This document shows positions 38,001-52,252 of a stretch of DNA of 64,000 bases, one piece after another (position 1 is the stretch's first letter; each line of letters begins with the position of its first letter). Under the pieces are notes generated by a model. That model made no database searches. It was given only the letters and a program-made list of their open reading frames with translations, and was not told the DNA's origin. A program made the translations under genes and the position numbers. The DNA comes from Octopus vulgaris (lineage: Eukaryota). The stretch lies in NCBI GenBank assembly GCA_951406725.2, contig OX597837.1, forward strand, positions 28,520,001-28,584,000. Reading direction: 5' to 3'.

Positions 38001-39215
38001 TACGTAGATACAAATATATATATATATGCATACGTAGATACAAATATATATATATATGCATACGTAGATACAAATATATATATATGCATACGTAGATACA
38101 AATATATATATATGCATACGTAGATACAAATATATATATATGCATACGTAGATACAAATATATATATATGCATACGTAGATACAAATATATATATATATA
38201 TATATATGCATACGTAGATACAAATATATATATATATGCATACGTAGATACAAATATATATATATATGCATACGTAGATACGAATATATATATATATGCA
38301 TACGTAGATACGAATATATATATATATGCATACGTAGATACAAATATATATATATATGCATACGTAGATACAAATATATATATATACGCATACGTAGATA
38401 CAAATATATATATATATATATATATATGCATACGTAGATACAAATATATATATATATGCATACGTAGATACAAATATATATATATATATATATGCATACG
38501 TAGATACAAATATATATATATATGCATACGTAGATACAAATATATATATATATATATATGCATACGTAGATACAAATATATATATATATGCATACGTAGA
38601 TACAAATATATATATATATGCATACGTAGATACAAATATATATATATATATATGCATACGTAGATACAAATATATATATATATGCATACGTAGATACAAA
38701 TATATATATGCATACGTAGATACAAATATATATATGCATACGTAGATACAAATATATATATGCATACGTAGATACAAATATATATATATGTGCATACGTA
38801 GATACAAATATATATATATATATATGCATACGTAGATACAAATATATATATATATATATGCATACGTAGATACAAATATATATATATATATATATATATG
38901 CATACGTAGATACAAATATATATATATATGCATACGTAGATACAAATATATATATATATGCATACGTAGATACAAATATATATATATGCATACGTAGAAA
39001 CAAATATATATATATATATATGCATACGCAGATACAAATATATATATATATATATATATATATGCATACGTAGATACAAATATATATATATGCATACGTA
39101 GAAACAAATATATATATATATATATATGCATACGCAGATACAAATATATATATATATATATATATGCATACGTAGATACAAATATATATATATATATATA
39201 TATGCATACGTAGAT

Positions 39216-39254
<39 letters not shown>

Positions 39255-39445
39255 CGTAGATACAAATATGTATGTATGTATATATATATAAATACGTAGA
39301 TACAAATATATGTATATATACATACGTAGATACAAATATGTATGTATATATACATACGTAGATACAAATATGTATATATACATACGTAGATACAAATATG
39401 TATGTATATATATGCATACGTAGATACAAATATGTATACATGCAT
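37195..39445. repeat. Minisatellite (TA)n-TGCATACGTAGATACAAA
   Basis: About 70 units with a near-constant core and variable TA spacer. Confidence 0.98.
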
Positions 39446-40739
39446 GCATAAAGTATGTGCATTCACACTAACAAAACATGTAGACAATATGAATGTAATA
39501 ATTAGTGCAGCCTTCACTTTATTTCACCTCCGCCACCACCTGACTACATGCAATCTCAAAGACAGAGACAGCAGATATGCGAGCGTTCACAAACCATCTG
39601 CATGTGTTGAGGTTGTTTGTTGTTAGTTCAGTAGTTGTTTTTGGCCAACTGCCAGGAGCGAGGCTGGCTAACTACAAAAACTGTGTCGAGAGAGAATTTA
39701 GTAGAGACAAGGACAAAGTGACTTAATATTTTTGCAGTCCTTTTCAAATGAAAGAATTACGAGTTCAAATCTCGCTAGTTCTGTGGTATACATATATATA
39801 CGACGGGCTTCTTTCAGTTTCCGTCTACCAAATCCACTCACAAGGCTTTGGTCGGCCCGAGGCTATAGTAGAAGACACTTGCCCAAGGTGCCACGCAGTG
39901 GGACTGAACCCGGAACCATGTGGTTGGTAAGCAAGCTACTTACCACACAGCCACTCCTGTGCCTATATATATATGATCATCATCGTTTAATGTCCGTTTT
40001 CCATGCTATCATGGGGTGGACGGTTCGACCTGGGTCTGTGAAGCCAGGAGGCTGCACCAGACTCCAGTCTGATCTGGTAGTTTCTACAGCTGGATGCCCT
40101 TCCTAACGCCAACCACTCCTTGAGTGTAGTGGGTGCTTTTTACGTGCCACCGGTACAGGGGCAGGGGAGAATGGCAACGGCCACAATCGGTTGGTGCTGC
40201 CTCACCCCACATCACTTGACAACTGATGCTGGTGTGTTTACATCGTAATTTAGTAGTTCGGCAAAAGGGACCGATAAAATTAGTACTAAGCTTACAAGGA
40301 ATAAGTCTTGGGGGCGATTTGCTCAACTAAAGGCGGTGCTCCAGCATGGCCGCAGTCAAATGACACACAAAAGAAAATGAAATAAAATTAGAACGTCGTT
40401 CAGTAGATTGTTTTCCCGAAGAAGAGTTTTCGCTTGTAACTTGACTTGTAACACACCAGCATCAGTTGTCAAGTGATGTGGGGTGAGGCAGCACCAACCG
40501 ATTGTGGCCGTTGCCAGCCTCCCCTGCCCCTGTACCGGTGGCACGTAAAAAGCACCCACTACACTCAAGGAGTGGTTGGCGTTAGGAAGGGCATCCAGCT
40601 GTAGAAACTCTACCAGATCAGACTGGAGTCTGGTGCAGCCTCCTGGCTTCACAGACCCAGGTCGGAACCGTCCACCCCATGATAGCATGGAAAACGGACA
40701 TTAAACGATGATGATCATATATATATATATATATATATA

Positions 40740-41130
40740 TAGGCGCAGGAGTGGCTGTGTAGTAAGTAGCTTGTCTACCAACCACATGGTTCCGGGTTCA
40801 GTCCCACTGCGTGGCACCTTGGGCAAGTGTCTTCTACTATAGCCTCGTTCCGACCAAAGCCTTGTGAGTAGATTTGGTAGACGGAAACTGGAAGAAGCCC
40901 GACGTATATATGTATGTGTGTGTTTCTGTGTCTGTGTTTGTCCCCCTAGCATTGCTTGACAACCGATGCTGGTGTGTTTATGTCCCCGTTACTTAGCGGT
41001 TCGGCAAAAGAGACCGATAGAATAAGTACTGGGCTTACAAAAGAATAAGTCCCGGAGTCGAGTTGCTCAATTAAAGGCGGTGCTCCAGCATGGCCACAGT
41101 CAAATGACTAAAACAAGTAACAGAGTAAAG
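40740..41130 (+). mobile_element. SINE A
   Basis: Full-length match. Confidence 0.85.
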
Positions 41131-41894
41131 AATATATATATGACGGGCTTCTTTCAGTTTCTGTCTACCAAATCCACTCACAAGGCTTTGGTCGACCCGA
41201 GGATATAGTAGATGACACTTTCCCAAGGTGCCACACAATGAGACTGAACCCAGAACCATGTAGTTTAGTAAACAAGCTACTTGCCATACAGCCACTCCTG
41301 CGCCTATAAGCTAATTTTTGTTTTACCTGTTTGTGCAGACGACTGCTAATACTGGAACCTAGCAATGAAAAGCAGATGAGTGAAAAAATCTGTCCTACCA
41401 TAAACAAGACAGAATGCTGCTTTATAGCAGTTAACATTCCTTGCTGAAACAATTTAGCTTTGCAGTGAAAATAAATGAATCTTGTTAATACTACAGCTCT
41501 ACCACTAATTGGTGGTAGAGCTTGTAGTATTAACCACTACTCTATCATAGCTATTTTCAGCTAAACCAACTGGTTTCTGCAGATTTAAGTATCTTGGTGA
41601 AGGACATAGTACATGAATTAGACTATATTATCATGTGTTTGCAGCTAGATGAATTGGACTGTTGAGAACTAAGTACATTGACCACAATCGGTTGGTGCTG
41701 CCTCACCCCACATCACTTGACAACTGATGCTGGTGTGTTTACATCGTAATTTAGCAGTTCAGCAAAAGGGACCGATAAAATTAGTACTAAACTTACAAGG
41801 AATAAGTCTTGGGGGCGATTTGCTCGACTAAAGGCAGTGCTCCAGCATGGCCGCAGTCAAATGACACACAGACAGATCAGACCAGGTTTACTCT

Positions 41895-42290
41895 ATCTTT
41901 ACTCTTTTACTTGTTTCAGTCATTTGACTAAGGCCATGCTGGAGCACCGCCTGTAATTGAGCAACACGACCCCGGGACTTATTCTTTTGTAAGCCCAGTA
42001 TTTATTCTATCAGTCTCTTTTGCCAAACTGCTAAGTAATGGGGACATAAACACACCAGCATAGGTTGTCAAGCAATGCTAGGGAGACACACACAAACACA
42101 CATACATATATATATATATATACACGACAGGCTTCTTTTCAATTTCCATCTACTAAATCCACTCACAGGGCTTTGGTCGGCCCAAGGCTATAGTAGAAGA
42201 CACTTGCCCAAGGTGCCACGCAGTGGGACTGAACCCGGAACCATGTGGTTGGTACACAAGCTACTTACCGCACAGCCACTCCTGCGCCTT
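41895..42290 (-). mobile_element. SINE A
   Basis: Full-length match. Confidence 0.85.
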
Positions 42291-43608
42291 GTGGACTGAG
42301 CTTTTGAGAGTTTAATATTCTGGGTAATAAATATGGCACCTACATGGCACTAAGTGGACGGAAATGTTTAGTCTTGTATCTTGGTCAGAGTACAGTGAAA
42401 TATCATAGAACAGGAAGTATGGATATATTCGAAATATGCAGAACCTGGACTCACGAGAAGAATTTGAAATATGGAGATTTTGGAAACACAAAGTGTTTGG
42501 AACTTCAAATTATAAAGAATTTTGTATTTGGAGAAGATGATATGAAGATTTGGAATAGAAAATATTTGAAATAGGGAGAAATTTTAAATCTGAAAATGTG
42601 AGAAATATGGAACTTTGGAAAAACCTGAAAGTATGAAGAATATGGAATATGAAGAATGGAAGCGAGAAAAATTTGAAAATATCTACAATTTCAAAAATAT
42701 CTTTAGAGGAATTGGTAATTATGAATAATGATAATTAGAAACACAGAGGGTTTAGAAATATGAAGGAATAAGAAAAATGGACATGTGACAATATCTTTTA
42801 TGTTTTGTTTCAGTCCGTGGACGATGGTCATGCTGGGTCACTGCCTTGAATGGTCTAGGGAAATAAATCAACACCACTTTTTTTTTAAAGTCCGGTGTTT
42901 ATTCCATCAGTCTCTTTGCTGAACTGCTAAGTTACAAGGATATAAACAGACCAACACCATGGTGTGGCTGGTTACAATGGGTTTTCAGTTTCCCCATACA
43001 AAATTAATTCCCAAGGCATTAGTCAACCCAGGGATTTAGAAGACACCCAAGGTGCTGTGCAGTGGGACTGAACTTAAAACCATATGATTGCAAAGCCAGT
43101 TTCTTAAGCACACAGCCATTCTTGCACCTGGAAACATGAGAAATTGGTAAATATAGGAACTAGAAGCAGAGAGAAATTAGAAAAAGCAGGAAATTGAAAA
43201 CCTGAGGAATTTAGAAATGGAGCGCTGCCCCGACTGGTCTCCGTGCCGGTGGCACGTAAAAAGCACCATCTGATCTTGGCCATTGCCAGCCTCGTCTGGC
43301 GCCTGTGACAGGTAAAAAGCACCCACTACACTCACGGTGTGGTTGGCATTAGGAAGGGCATCCAGCCGTAGAAACATTGCCAGATCAGACTGGGCCTGGC
43401 GCAGCCTTCTGGCTTCCCAGACCCCAGTTGAACCGTCCAACCCATGCTAGCATGGAAAACGGATGTTAAACGATAATGATGATAAGTATTTTGGAAAATT
43501 GGAGAAATAAAAAAGAAAAAATTCACAAGACTCTGAAGCTTGGAATGATGGAGACTTTGGAAATCTGAAGAAATCTGAAATAGGAAGAAAATAGGAAAAG
43601 ATATTTAA

Positions 43609-43973
43609 CCCTTTAGTGTTCACATCATTCTGCCAAAATTAATGCTTTTTTCTCCACATTGTTTTGAACTAATCATGCATCATCTTGTAGCTATGAGATT
43701 TTGATGAGGTAGCTGTTAATTTTTAAAACGATATTGTAGGGTTGGTCTGAGAGACCAGATCTGGCCAGTTTGAACATAAAACAGGCAGAATACTTTTGGC
43801 CGGATATGGCCGGTTTAAATGCATTATCTTGTAGCTATGAGATTTTGATGAGGTAGCTGTTAATTTTTAAAACGATATTGTAGGGTTGGTCTGAGAGACC
43901 AGATCTGGCCAGTTTGAACATAAAACAGGCAGAATACTTTTGGCTGGATATGGCCGGTTTAAATGCTAAAGGG
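43609..43973. mobile_element. TTAA MITE family 2 with ~145-bp internal duplication
   Basis: ccctttag / ctaaaggg termini with TTAA flanks. Confidence 0.75.
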
Positions 43974-44044
43974 TTAAAGAAATTAGTGGAGGAGGGGTGT
44001 AGACAAGGGGGGAAATATTTTGGAATATGGAGAAACAAAATCAT

Positions 44045-45528
44045 TTTTGGATTTTTGGTCAAATTTATTGAAAATGAAAAAAAAAAATAAGACAAAAAAA
44101 AAAAAAAAAGGAGAATGCCCATCATTATCAAAGGTGAAATAAATGAAATTCTTTGTTGTTTTAATCTCCTTCTCTTTCTCCTGTTATCCAAGATAAACTT
44201 ACTCTCCCTCTGCCAAAAACATTTCAAAAAACTTTAACAACACTAAGAGTAAAAACTGTAAAATACATAAGAGAATGATATTGGAGGTCTGGGTTTACAA
44301 ATAGGGACCTTAAAGGAGGAAAATAGCTGGGGGGGCCCTCGTATGGGAGGGAGACGGGGTAGGAGATAGAGGTGTGTGTGTATGTGAGACCATGTGAGTG
44401 TAAATGATGTGTGTGTGTATGTGAACATTGAACAATGTACATTGGGAGAGATTGCAAAAGAGAGAGAGAGAGAGCGAGCAAGAGGAAACATCATGAAGAG
44501 AATTCCAGAGACGGAGAGCAACTTCATGGTTGAGTGGTTTGCAAATAGGGAGAACATGCAGCTGTATAGCAAAGACTAAAACAAGACAACCACCACCACC
44601 ACCACTGCCCCCCCCCATCACTTTCTTGCTCTGTACACTCTCCTTAGCAACCAAATTGCCCCCCACCCCCCCGTCTCCCACGCAACGTTTAGTGTTGCCA
44701 GAAATGTCTACTTTACACCATCATCATTGTCATCGTCATCACTATCTTTTAAAAATTAGCAACAAAAGTTTGCAAACACTAATCACAGCAAGTCACAATT
44801 TCTCACCATCGCCATAGCAACAACACACATCACTATCCCCTAAAAATCCATCTCATTCTTTCTAGCTATTCATCAATACCTACTTTTCTACATCTATATC
44901 CCCTCTCTCATATATATGTATATATGGATATGTGTATTTGGATTTGTGTATCTATGTGTAAGTATATATGTGTATGTATATGTATGCATATATATGTATG
45001 TATGTATATATGTATGTGTATATGTGTGTGTGTATATATGTATGTGTATGTGTATATGTATGCATATATATATATGTATATATGTATCTATATGTGTGTA
45101 TGTATGTGTGTATATGTGTATGTATATAAGTGTATGTGTATATGTGTGTGTATGTATGTATGTATATATATATAGAGAGAGAGAGAGAAGCTAGAGAAAA
45201 GGGGAGAAAGGTATATATATATTTGTACATACATCATGCATATATATACATACAAACACACATATATACACATATACATACATACATATATACATACATA
45301 CATATATGTATATATTAAATATGTGTATATATATATATATATACTTGTATATACATATGTATATCTACATAAAATATATATGTACACATATATAAATCTT
45401 ATATATGTATACATATAGACATTTATATATAGCTATACATGCATACATGAGTATATATATATATATATGCTTATAAGTATATATACATATGTGCACAAGT
45501 ATATGTACACTTTTACATATATGTATAG

Positions 45529-45563
<35 letters not shown>

Positions 45564-46510
45564 AACATGTATATACACACATAAGTACATATATGTGTAT
45601 CCATATGTATGTATAGGTCTAAATATGCATGCATATAAATTGTGTATATCTGTTAAGACGTGTGTGTGTGGGGGTAGCAAGTGGTTTTTCAAAGCATGGC
45701 TTGTGTGGCCTTGGTAGTCTTAGCTGCAAATACATAATGACAATGGGAACAAAAGTGAGGGAAAAAGAGAAGGCATCTCAGCCCTGCTTCTTAAAACACA
45801 CTCATTTCATATCTAAAAACATATTACATACACACAGATGGCCTTGAGAGAGTGCAAGAGAAAGGCAGAATAAGAGAAGAATTACCAAAAGAAAATAGCT
45901 GGTCAGTCTGGTGTGTCACAAACCAGCTGGTTGAAGTGATGTCACCCTGGACAGTGTGAGGTGGTCATCTGCAACTTTTCTGAAGAGTAACTATCAAAAA
46001 TAATAACGTGGAAGGACAAGATGGTATGTGAGTGGCATAAATTTGAAAAATTGTATGCAATATGGGAGGAATGGTACTCTGGTCGTGTGTGTGTTTTTTG
46101 CTTGTCGATTCACTCAGTACAAAGTTAAGAGATCTGATGTATACAAGCAAAGCTGAACAAGTCGGTTCTAGATATGGGAGGAGAGAGGGGTCACTTTTGT
46201 CTTGAGGCATACATGCAATGAGTTTGGGTCATCTTTTACTGAAGAAGATACCACATCTATGGAAAATGTAAAGGTCAGTTTTTAAGCATATAATCCAAAA
46301 GTTATGTCACCAAGCATTTTTAGGCATATATGTATATATATATATCATCATCATCATATATATACATATATATATGCAAATGTGTATATATATATCATAT
46401 GTATATATATGTATATATCTATATGTATATATCATATGTATATATATATATATGTATATATCTATATATCATATGTATATATATATATGTATATATATAT
46501 ATATCATCAT

Positions 46511-46542
<32 letters not shown>

Positions 46543-46654
46543 CATATATACATATATATATATATATATATCATATATACATATATATATATATATATAT
46601 ATCATATATATATATATATATATATATATCATATGTATATATATATATATCATC

Positions 46655-46688
<34 letters not shown>

Positions 46689-46694
46689 CATATG

Positions 46695-46726
<32 letters not shown>

Positions 46727-46733
46727 CATCATC

Positions 46734-46777
<44 letters not shown>

Positions 46778-47741
46778 GCAAATGTGTCTATGAAAGACAT
46801 TTAGTCATTGGGGAAAAGTGTGGAGGGGTGGTCATTGTTTTTAAGAATTTATGCCATATTTGTGTGTAAGGGTGACATAGGAAGTAAGTTTTTTTATCTC
46901 CAACAAAATTTCCATTCAGTTCTTGCAAAAAAAAAAAAAACGAAAAACAAAAAGAAAACACATAAAAAAATTCTAAATCTTCCCCATATCCGTCCCAAAG
47001 TTGTTTTGTATACTTGTGAAAGGGGAAGCAGGAAGGATGGAGTGGCGGTGGGGTGGGGGTTCGAGGGGGGGGGTCTGTCGGTTTTTAAGAACTGTCATTT
47101 TAAACTACATGTGAAGAGGAGGAAACATGTAGAGGTGGTGAGGTGAGGTGAGGTGGATGGATGGGTGGGTGGGTGAGGTCGAATCTTTTGAAAAGCTGTG
47201 AAAAGATAAAAAGAAAAAAAAAAAGTGTAAAAAAAAAAAAAAACAAAAAAGAAAAATAAACAAAAACCAGATTCTGGCAGAGATTTTCATTTTATAAAAA
47301 GACAAAAAAAGTTTGTTGTGATTTGTGAGAGGAGAAAGAGGGAGGGGGGTGTGTCTATATGTCTGTATGTGATGTGTGTATATATTATATCTTATCTTGT
47401 GGTGGTGGTGGTGGTGGAGGAGGAGGAGCAACCTCACTGTCACCTTTGCTTTGGCTGCTTTTTTCAGTAAAAGGCCGTGTTTGCTGGTTGGCACAACACA
47501 CACATACACACACACACACACAGCACAACGCAGCACTGCACTGGTAATGCACTGCATTGTACTGCACTGTCGCTGCTGCTGCTGCTGCTGCTGCCATTGC
47601 CTTTTGCTGCTCTAACTGCTCTGCATTGCCGCCACTACAGCCAGAAATATCGGTTTAGTGAAGTCAGCTGGCAAACAGGCACAATAACCGTTGTTGGCCT
47701 GGACGAGTAGTCGTAGACTTTCCTCAAGCTTGATAGTTCCT
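44045..47741 (-). other. UPF2: Putative long UPF2 3'UTR (microsatellite-rich)
   Basis: Largely SINE-free sequence downstream of the stop. AATAAA on the minus strand at 44064-44069 is followed by a U/GU-rich tract. Confidence 0.5.
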
Positions 47742-47751
47742 TCAACGCTCC
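47742..47751 (-). CDS. UPF2: UPF2 probable terminal coding exon (10 nt, giving ...GSKER*)
   Basis: Long polypyrimidine tract ending ttccag precedes GGAGCGTTGA. A phase-2 join to exon 62646-62535 gives AA|G GAG CGT TGA, a short charged C-terminus like other UPF2s. Confidence 0.7.
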
Positions 47752-47929
47752 CTGGAAAGAAAAAAAAAAAAAAAAAAAGAAGGAAAATGATAATAAATGT
47801 AATTCTCTTCAGAAAATTTGTAAAAAAAAAAAAATTAAAAAAAAATTTTTTTTTAATTTTAAAAATCTAAAAGCGGTGCTCCAGCATGGCCACAGTCAAA
47901 TGACTGAAACAAGTAAGAGAGAGTAAAAT

Positions 47930-48335
47930 ATAGGCGCAGGAGTGGCTGTGTGGTAAGTAGCTTGCTAATAAACCACATGGTTCCGGGTTCAGTCCCACTG
48001 TGGGGCATCTTGGGCAAGTGTCTTCTACTATAGCCCCAGGCCGACCAAAGCCTTGTGAGTGGATTTGGTAGACGGAAACTGAAAGAAGCCCGTCGTATAT
48101 ATATATATACATATATGTGTGTGTGTGTGTGTGCGTGTATGTTTGTGTGTCCATGTTTGTCCCCCTAGCATTGCTTGACAACCGATGCTGGTGTGTTTAT
48201 GTCCCCGTCATTGCGGTTCAGCAAAAGAGACCGATAGAATAAGTACTGGGCTTACAAAAGAATAAGTCCCGGGGTCGAGATGCTTGATTAAAGGCGGTGC
48301 TCCAACATGACCGCAGTCAAAATGACTGAAACAAG
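47930..48335 (+). mobile_element. SINE A
   Basis: Full-length match. Confidence 0.85.
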
Positions 48336-48674
48336 TTGTGAGAGAGAGAGAGAGAGAGAGAGCAAGCTGAATACTAAAAGATTAAAGCAGATGTCTGAAT
48401 TTGATCTTAAAACACCACAAAGTATCCAATCCCAGGTTCAATTCCTACCTGATCCACCACTTTCAGTTGGTGCATTTTTTTTTTTAATTTTTTTTTTTTT
48501 TTCTTTGACCCCAAAAAGGATGAAAAGCAAAAGTTGACTTAGGTGGATTTTCGAACTCAGTATAGAGAGAATCTGAACAAATACCACGACACATTCTGCC
48601 TGACACTCTACTGACTCTTGCCAATTTTTCATCTTTCTGGTACTCTTAAGAAATAGTTAGAAAATAAATAACAT

Positions 48675-49080
48675 TGGCCGTAGCCAAGTACCGCATCGAC
48701 TGGCCTCCGTGCTGTGGGCACGTAACAAACGCCATCCGATCGTGGCCGTCTGCCAGCCTCGTCTGGCACCTGTGTCGGTGGCACATAAAAAACACCATCC
48801 GAGCGTGGCCGTCTGCCAGCCTCGTCTGGCACCTGTGTCGGTGGCACATAAAAACACCATCCGAGCGTGGCCGTTCGCCAGCCTCGTCTGGCACCTGTGT
48901 CGGTGGCACATAAAATCACCCACTACACTCTCGGAGTGGTTGGCGTTAGGAAGGGCATCCAGCTGTAGAAACACTGCCAGATCTGACTGGCCTGGTGCAG
49001 CCTTCGGGCTCCCCAGACCCCAGTTGAACTGTCCAACCCATGCTAGCATGGAAAGCGGACGTTAAACGATGATGATGATG
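48675..49080 (+). mobile_element. (GAT)n-tailed SINE-like repeat D with internal ~60-bp tandem units
   Basis: ggcgttaggaagggcatccagctgtagaaa...ggacgttaaacgatgatgat. Other copies near 9400, 39975, 40500, 43225, 53252, 59200, 61715 and 62040. Confidence 0.8.
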
Positions 49081-49289
49081 TTTTGTAGGGTTTTTTTTTT
49101 AATAAACAAATAACTCTTCCATGATTTAATGCTTTACAATTAAAATGAAAATATTGATGTTTAATGAAAACTGATACTCTGAAATGATTTTTTTTTAAAA
49201 AAAAAGGTAAATTGTTTCTAATGTAGATGATAGACTATAAAGTGATGGGGTGGGGGGAAGAAAGGATTGAGGGGATTTAATCAACCTGA

Positions 49290-49750
49290 GTACATGACTA
49301 GTACTTTGACCCCCTGATAGATTGAAGACAATGTTGTGACTGGTACTTTGACCCCCAGACATTTGAAAGGCAATGTTGATCTCCGGGGGATTTGAACCCA
49401 GAATGTCATGACTAGTACTTTGACCCACTGATAGATTGAAGAAAATGTTGTGACTGGTACTTTGACCCCCAGACAGATGAAAGGCAATGTTGATCTCCGC
49501 GGGATTTGAACCCAGAATGTCATGACTAGTACTTTGAACCCCTGATAGATGGAAGACAATGTTGTGACTGGTACTCTGACCCGCCGATAGATGAAAGGCA
49601 ATGTTGATCTCCGTGGGATTTGAACCCAGAATGTCATGACTAGTACTTTGAACCCCTGATAGATGGAAGACAATGTTGTGACTGGTACTCTGACCCACCG
49701 ATAGATGAAAGGCAATGTTGATCTTCGTGGGATTTGAACCCAGAATGTAA
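49290..49750. repeat. ~121-bp tandem repeat derived from a MetaSINE-like segment
   Basis: Four units containing gatgaaaggcaatgttgatctcc...ggatttgaacccagaa. Confidence 0.85.
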
Positions 49751-49926
49751 AGAGCCACAACAAGCAGTAAATGATATTTTCTCCAACACTCTAAATAAGA
49801 TTATAATTTTGCAGAGGATGACCATCTTCACAAATGAAAAATGTGCTTCAATCCTGCTGCAGCCAACTTTGCCTTTCATCCTTTCAATAAAATAAGCTCC
49901 TGTTTAATTACTGAGGGCTGATTAAA

Positions 49927-50136
49927 CCCTTTCATTACCAACCCGGCTGAAACCAGCTCTGGTTCTGAGTACAAATGTCCTGTTTTGAATTAAAATCTTC
50001 CACTAAATCTTAGTCACAATTTATGTTCCTAACACTGGCTGAATGATAACTAAGTTATCTTATTAAATTCTTTGTTATATTTAAAGTAATTGAAAGAAAC
50101 ACAGAGCATCTCAAAATAAATACGGTAACGAAAGGG
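49927..50136. mobile_element. TTAA MITE family 1
   Basis: ccctttcattacc / ggtaacgaaaggg TIRs. Confidence 0.75.
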
Positions 50137-50287
50137 TTAATCAACTTGGTCCCTTTCCCTAAAACTACTGGCCTTACATCAAAATTTGAAGCCAGTATTT
50201 ACCTTTCCCCTACATCTTTGACCATCATCATTACCATATCTTATTTCTGGATGTCTACAGCATCTCAAACTAGATTTCGAAAGGACA

Positions 50288-50582
50288 TCTTTATATATAA
50301 AAGAAAGGTTGAGTGTCTGTCTACTCCGATTTAGATTCCTAACTACTCCCGCATTTTGCGGTGCAGTTTAACCAAAACTGGGTATCTTATAGTCGTGATT
50401 CATATCGAGCCCTTCGGGGTATTAGCATGCCTCTACGATGAGTCAACGATTTAAAAAAAAATTTACCATAATTTTTTTTTATATTTTTAATGCATTTTTT
50501 TGCTATTTTTTGACTATAACTCTAAAAATGCTTTATAGTTATTTCCCTTACAAACCCGAGCAACGCCGGGCGATACTGCTAG
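50288..50582 (+). mobile_element. Non-autonomous Helitron
   Basis: A|TC start, 3' hairpin and CTAG|T end. Confidence 0.85.
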
Positions 50583-50829
50583 TAAACTATAGTTCAGAAA
50601 TGAAGATTCTTAGTTTGAATCCAATTTGGTATTTAGTACACATCCAAGAATAAGATCTCTAATAATAATGGTCAGATAAAAAACTGCTGAAAATGTAATA
50701 TAGATTCGGTAAATTTGAAATAATAATTTTAATAATAATCCATTTCAGAGGTTTAAACATTCGATTGATACAAGATCAAACAGCTATCACAAGGTGGAGG
50801 TCAAACTGACTGAAATAATCCCTATGTAT

Positions 50830-51059
50830 AGGTATGTATATTATATATATATATATGTGTGTGTGTATGTGTGTGTATATATGTGCGTGTATGTATGCGT
50901 GTTTGTTTTTGTGTGCGTATGTATGTGGTGTGTGTGTGCGTGTGTATGTCTGTATGTGTGCATGTGTATATATGTGTGTGTGTGTGGGTGTGTGTGTGTG
51001 GGTGTGTGTGTGTGTATGTGTGTGTGTGTGTGTGTATGTGTATGTATGTGTGTGTGGGT

Positions 51060-51091
<32 letters not shown>

Positions 51092-51126
51092 ATGGGTGTG
51101 TATGGGTGTGCGCATGTGTATGTGTA

Positions 51127-51157
<31 letters not shown>

Positions 51158-51190
51158 ATGGGTGTGTATGTGTATGTATGGGTGTATGTA

Positions 51191-51234
<44 letters not shown>

Positions 51235-51422
51235 TGTGTGTGTATGTGGTGTGTATGTATGGGTGTGTGTATGTGTATGTGTGTGTATGTGTGTGTATGG
51301 GTGTGTGTATGTATGTGTGTGTGTATGGGTGTGTGTGTGTGTGTATGTGTGTGTGTATGTGTGAGTGCGTGTGTGTGTATGTGTGTGTATGGGTGTGTGT
51401 GTGTGTATGTATGTATGTGTGA

Positions 51423-51473
<51 letters not shown>

Positions 51474-51915
51474 GTGTGTGTGTATGTGTGTGTGTGTATG
51501 TGGTGTGTGTATGTGGTGTGTATGTATGGGTGTGTGTATGTGTATGGGTGTGTATGTGTATGGGTGTGTGTGTATGTGCGTGTGTATGTGTGTGTGTGTT
51601 TGTGTGTGTATGTATGTGTGTATGTGTGAGTGCGTGTGTGTATGTGTGAGTGTATGGGTGTGTGTATGTATGTATGTATGTGTGAGTGCGTGTGTGTATG
51701 TGTATGTGTGTGTGTATGTGTGAGTGCGTGTGTGTATGTGTGTGTGTATGGGTGTGTGTGTGTGTGTGTGTATGTGTGTGTGTATGTATGTATGTGTGTA
51801 TGTGTGAGTGTGTGTGTGTATGTATGTGTGCGTGCGTGTGTGTGTGTGTATGTATGTGTGTGTGTGTGTGTATGTGTGTGTATGTATGTGCGTGTATGTG
51901 TGTGTGCATACACAC

Positions 51916-51958
<43 letters not shown>

Positions 51959-52058
51959 ACAAAGTTGTGTGTGTGTGTGTGTGGTGTGTATGTGTGTATG
52001 TGTATGTATGTGTGCGTGTATGTGTATGTGCGTGTGTATGTGTGTATGTATGTGCGTA

Positions 52059-52089
<31 letters not shown>

Positions 52090-52219
52090 GTGTGCGTGTA
52101 TGTATGCGTGCGTGTATGTATGCGTGCGTGTGTGTGCGTGCGTGTATGTGCGCGTGTATGCGTGTGTGCGTGTATGTATGCGCGTGTGTGTGTGTGTGTG
52201 TGTGTGTGGTGTGTATGTA

Positions 52220-52252
<33 letters not shown>

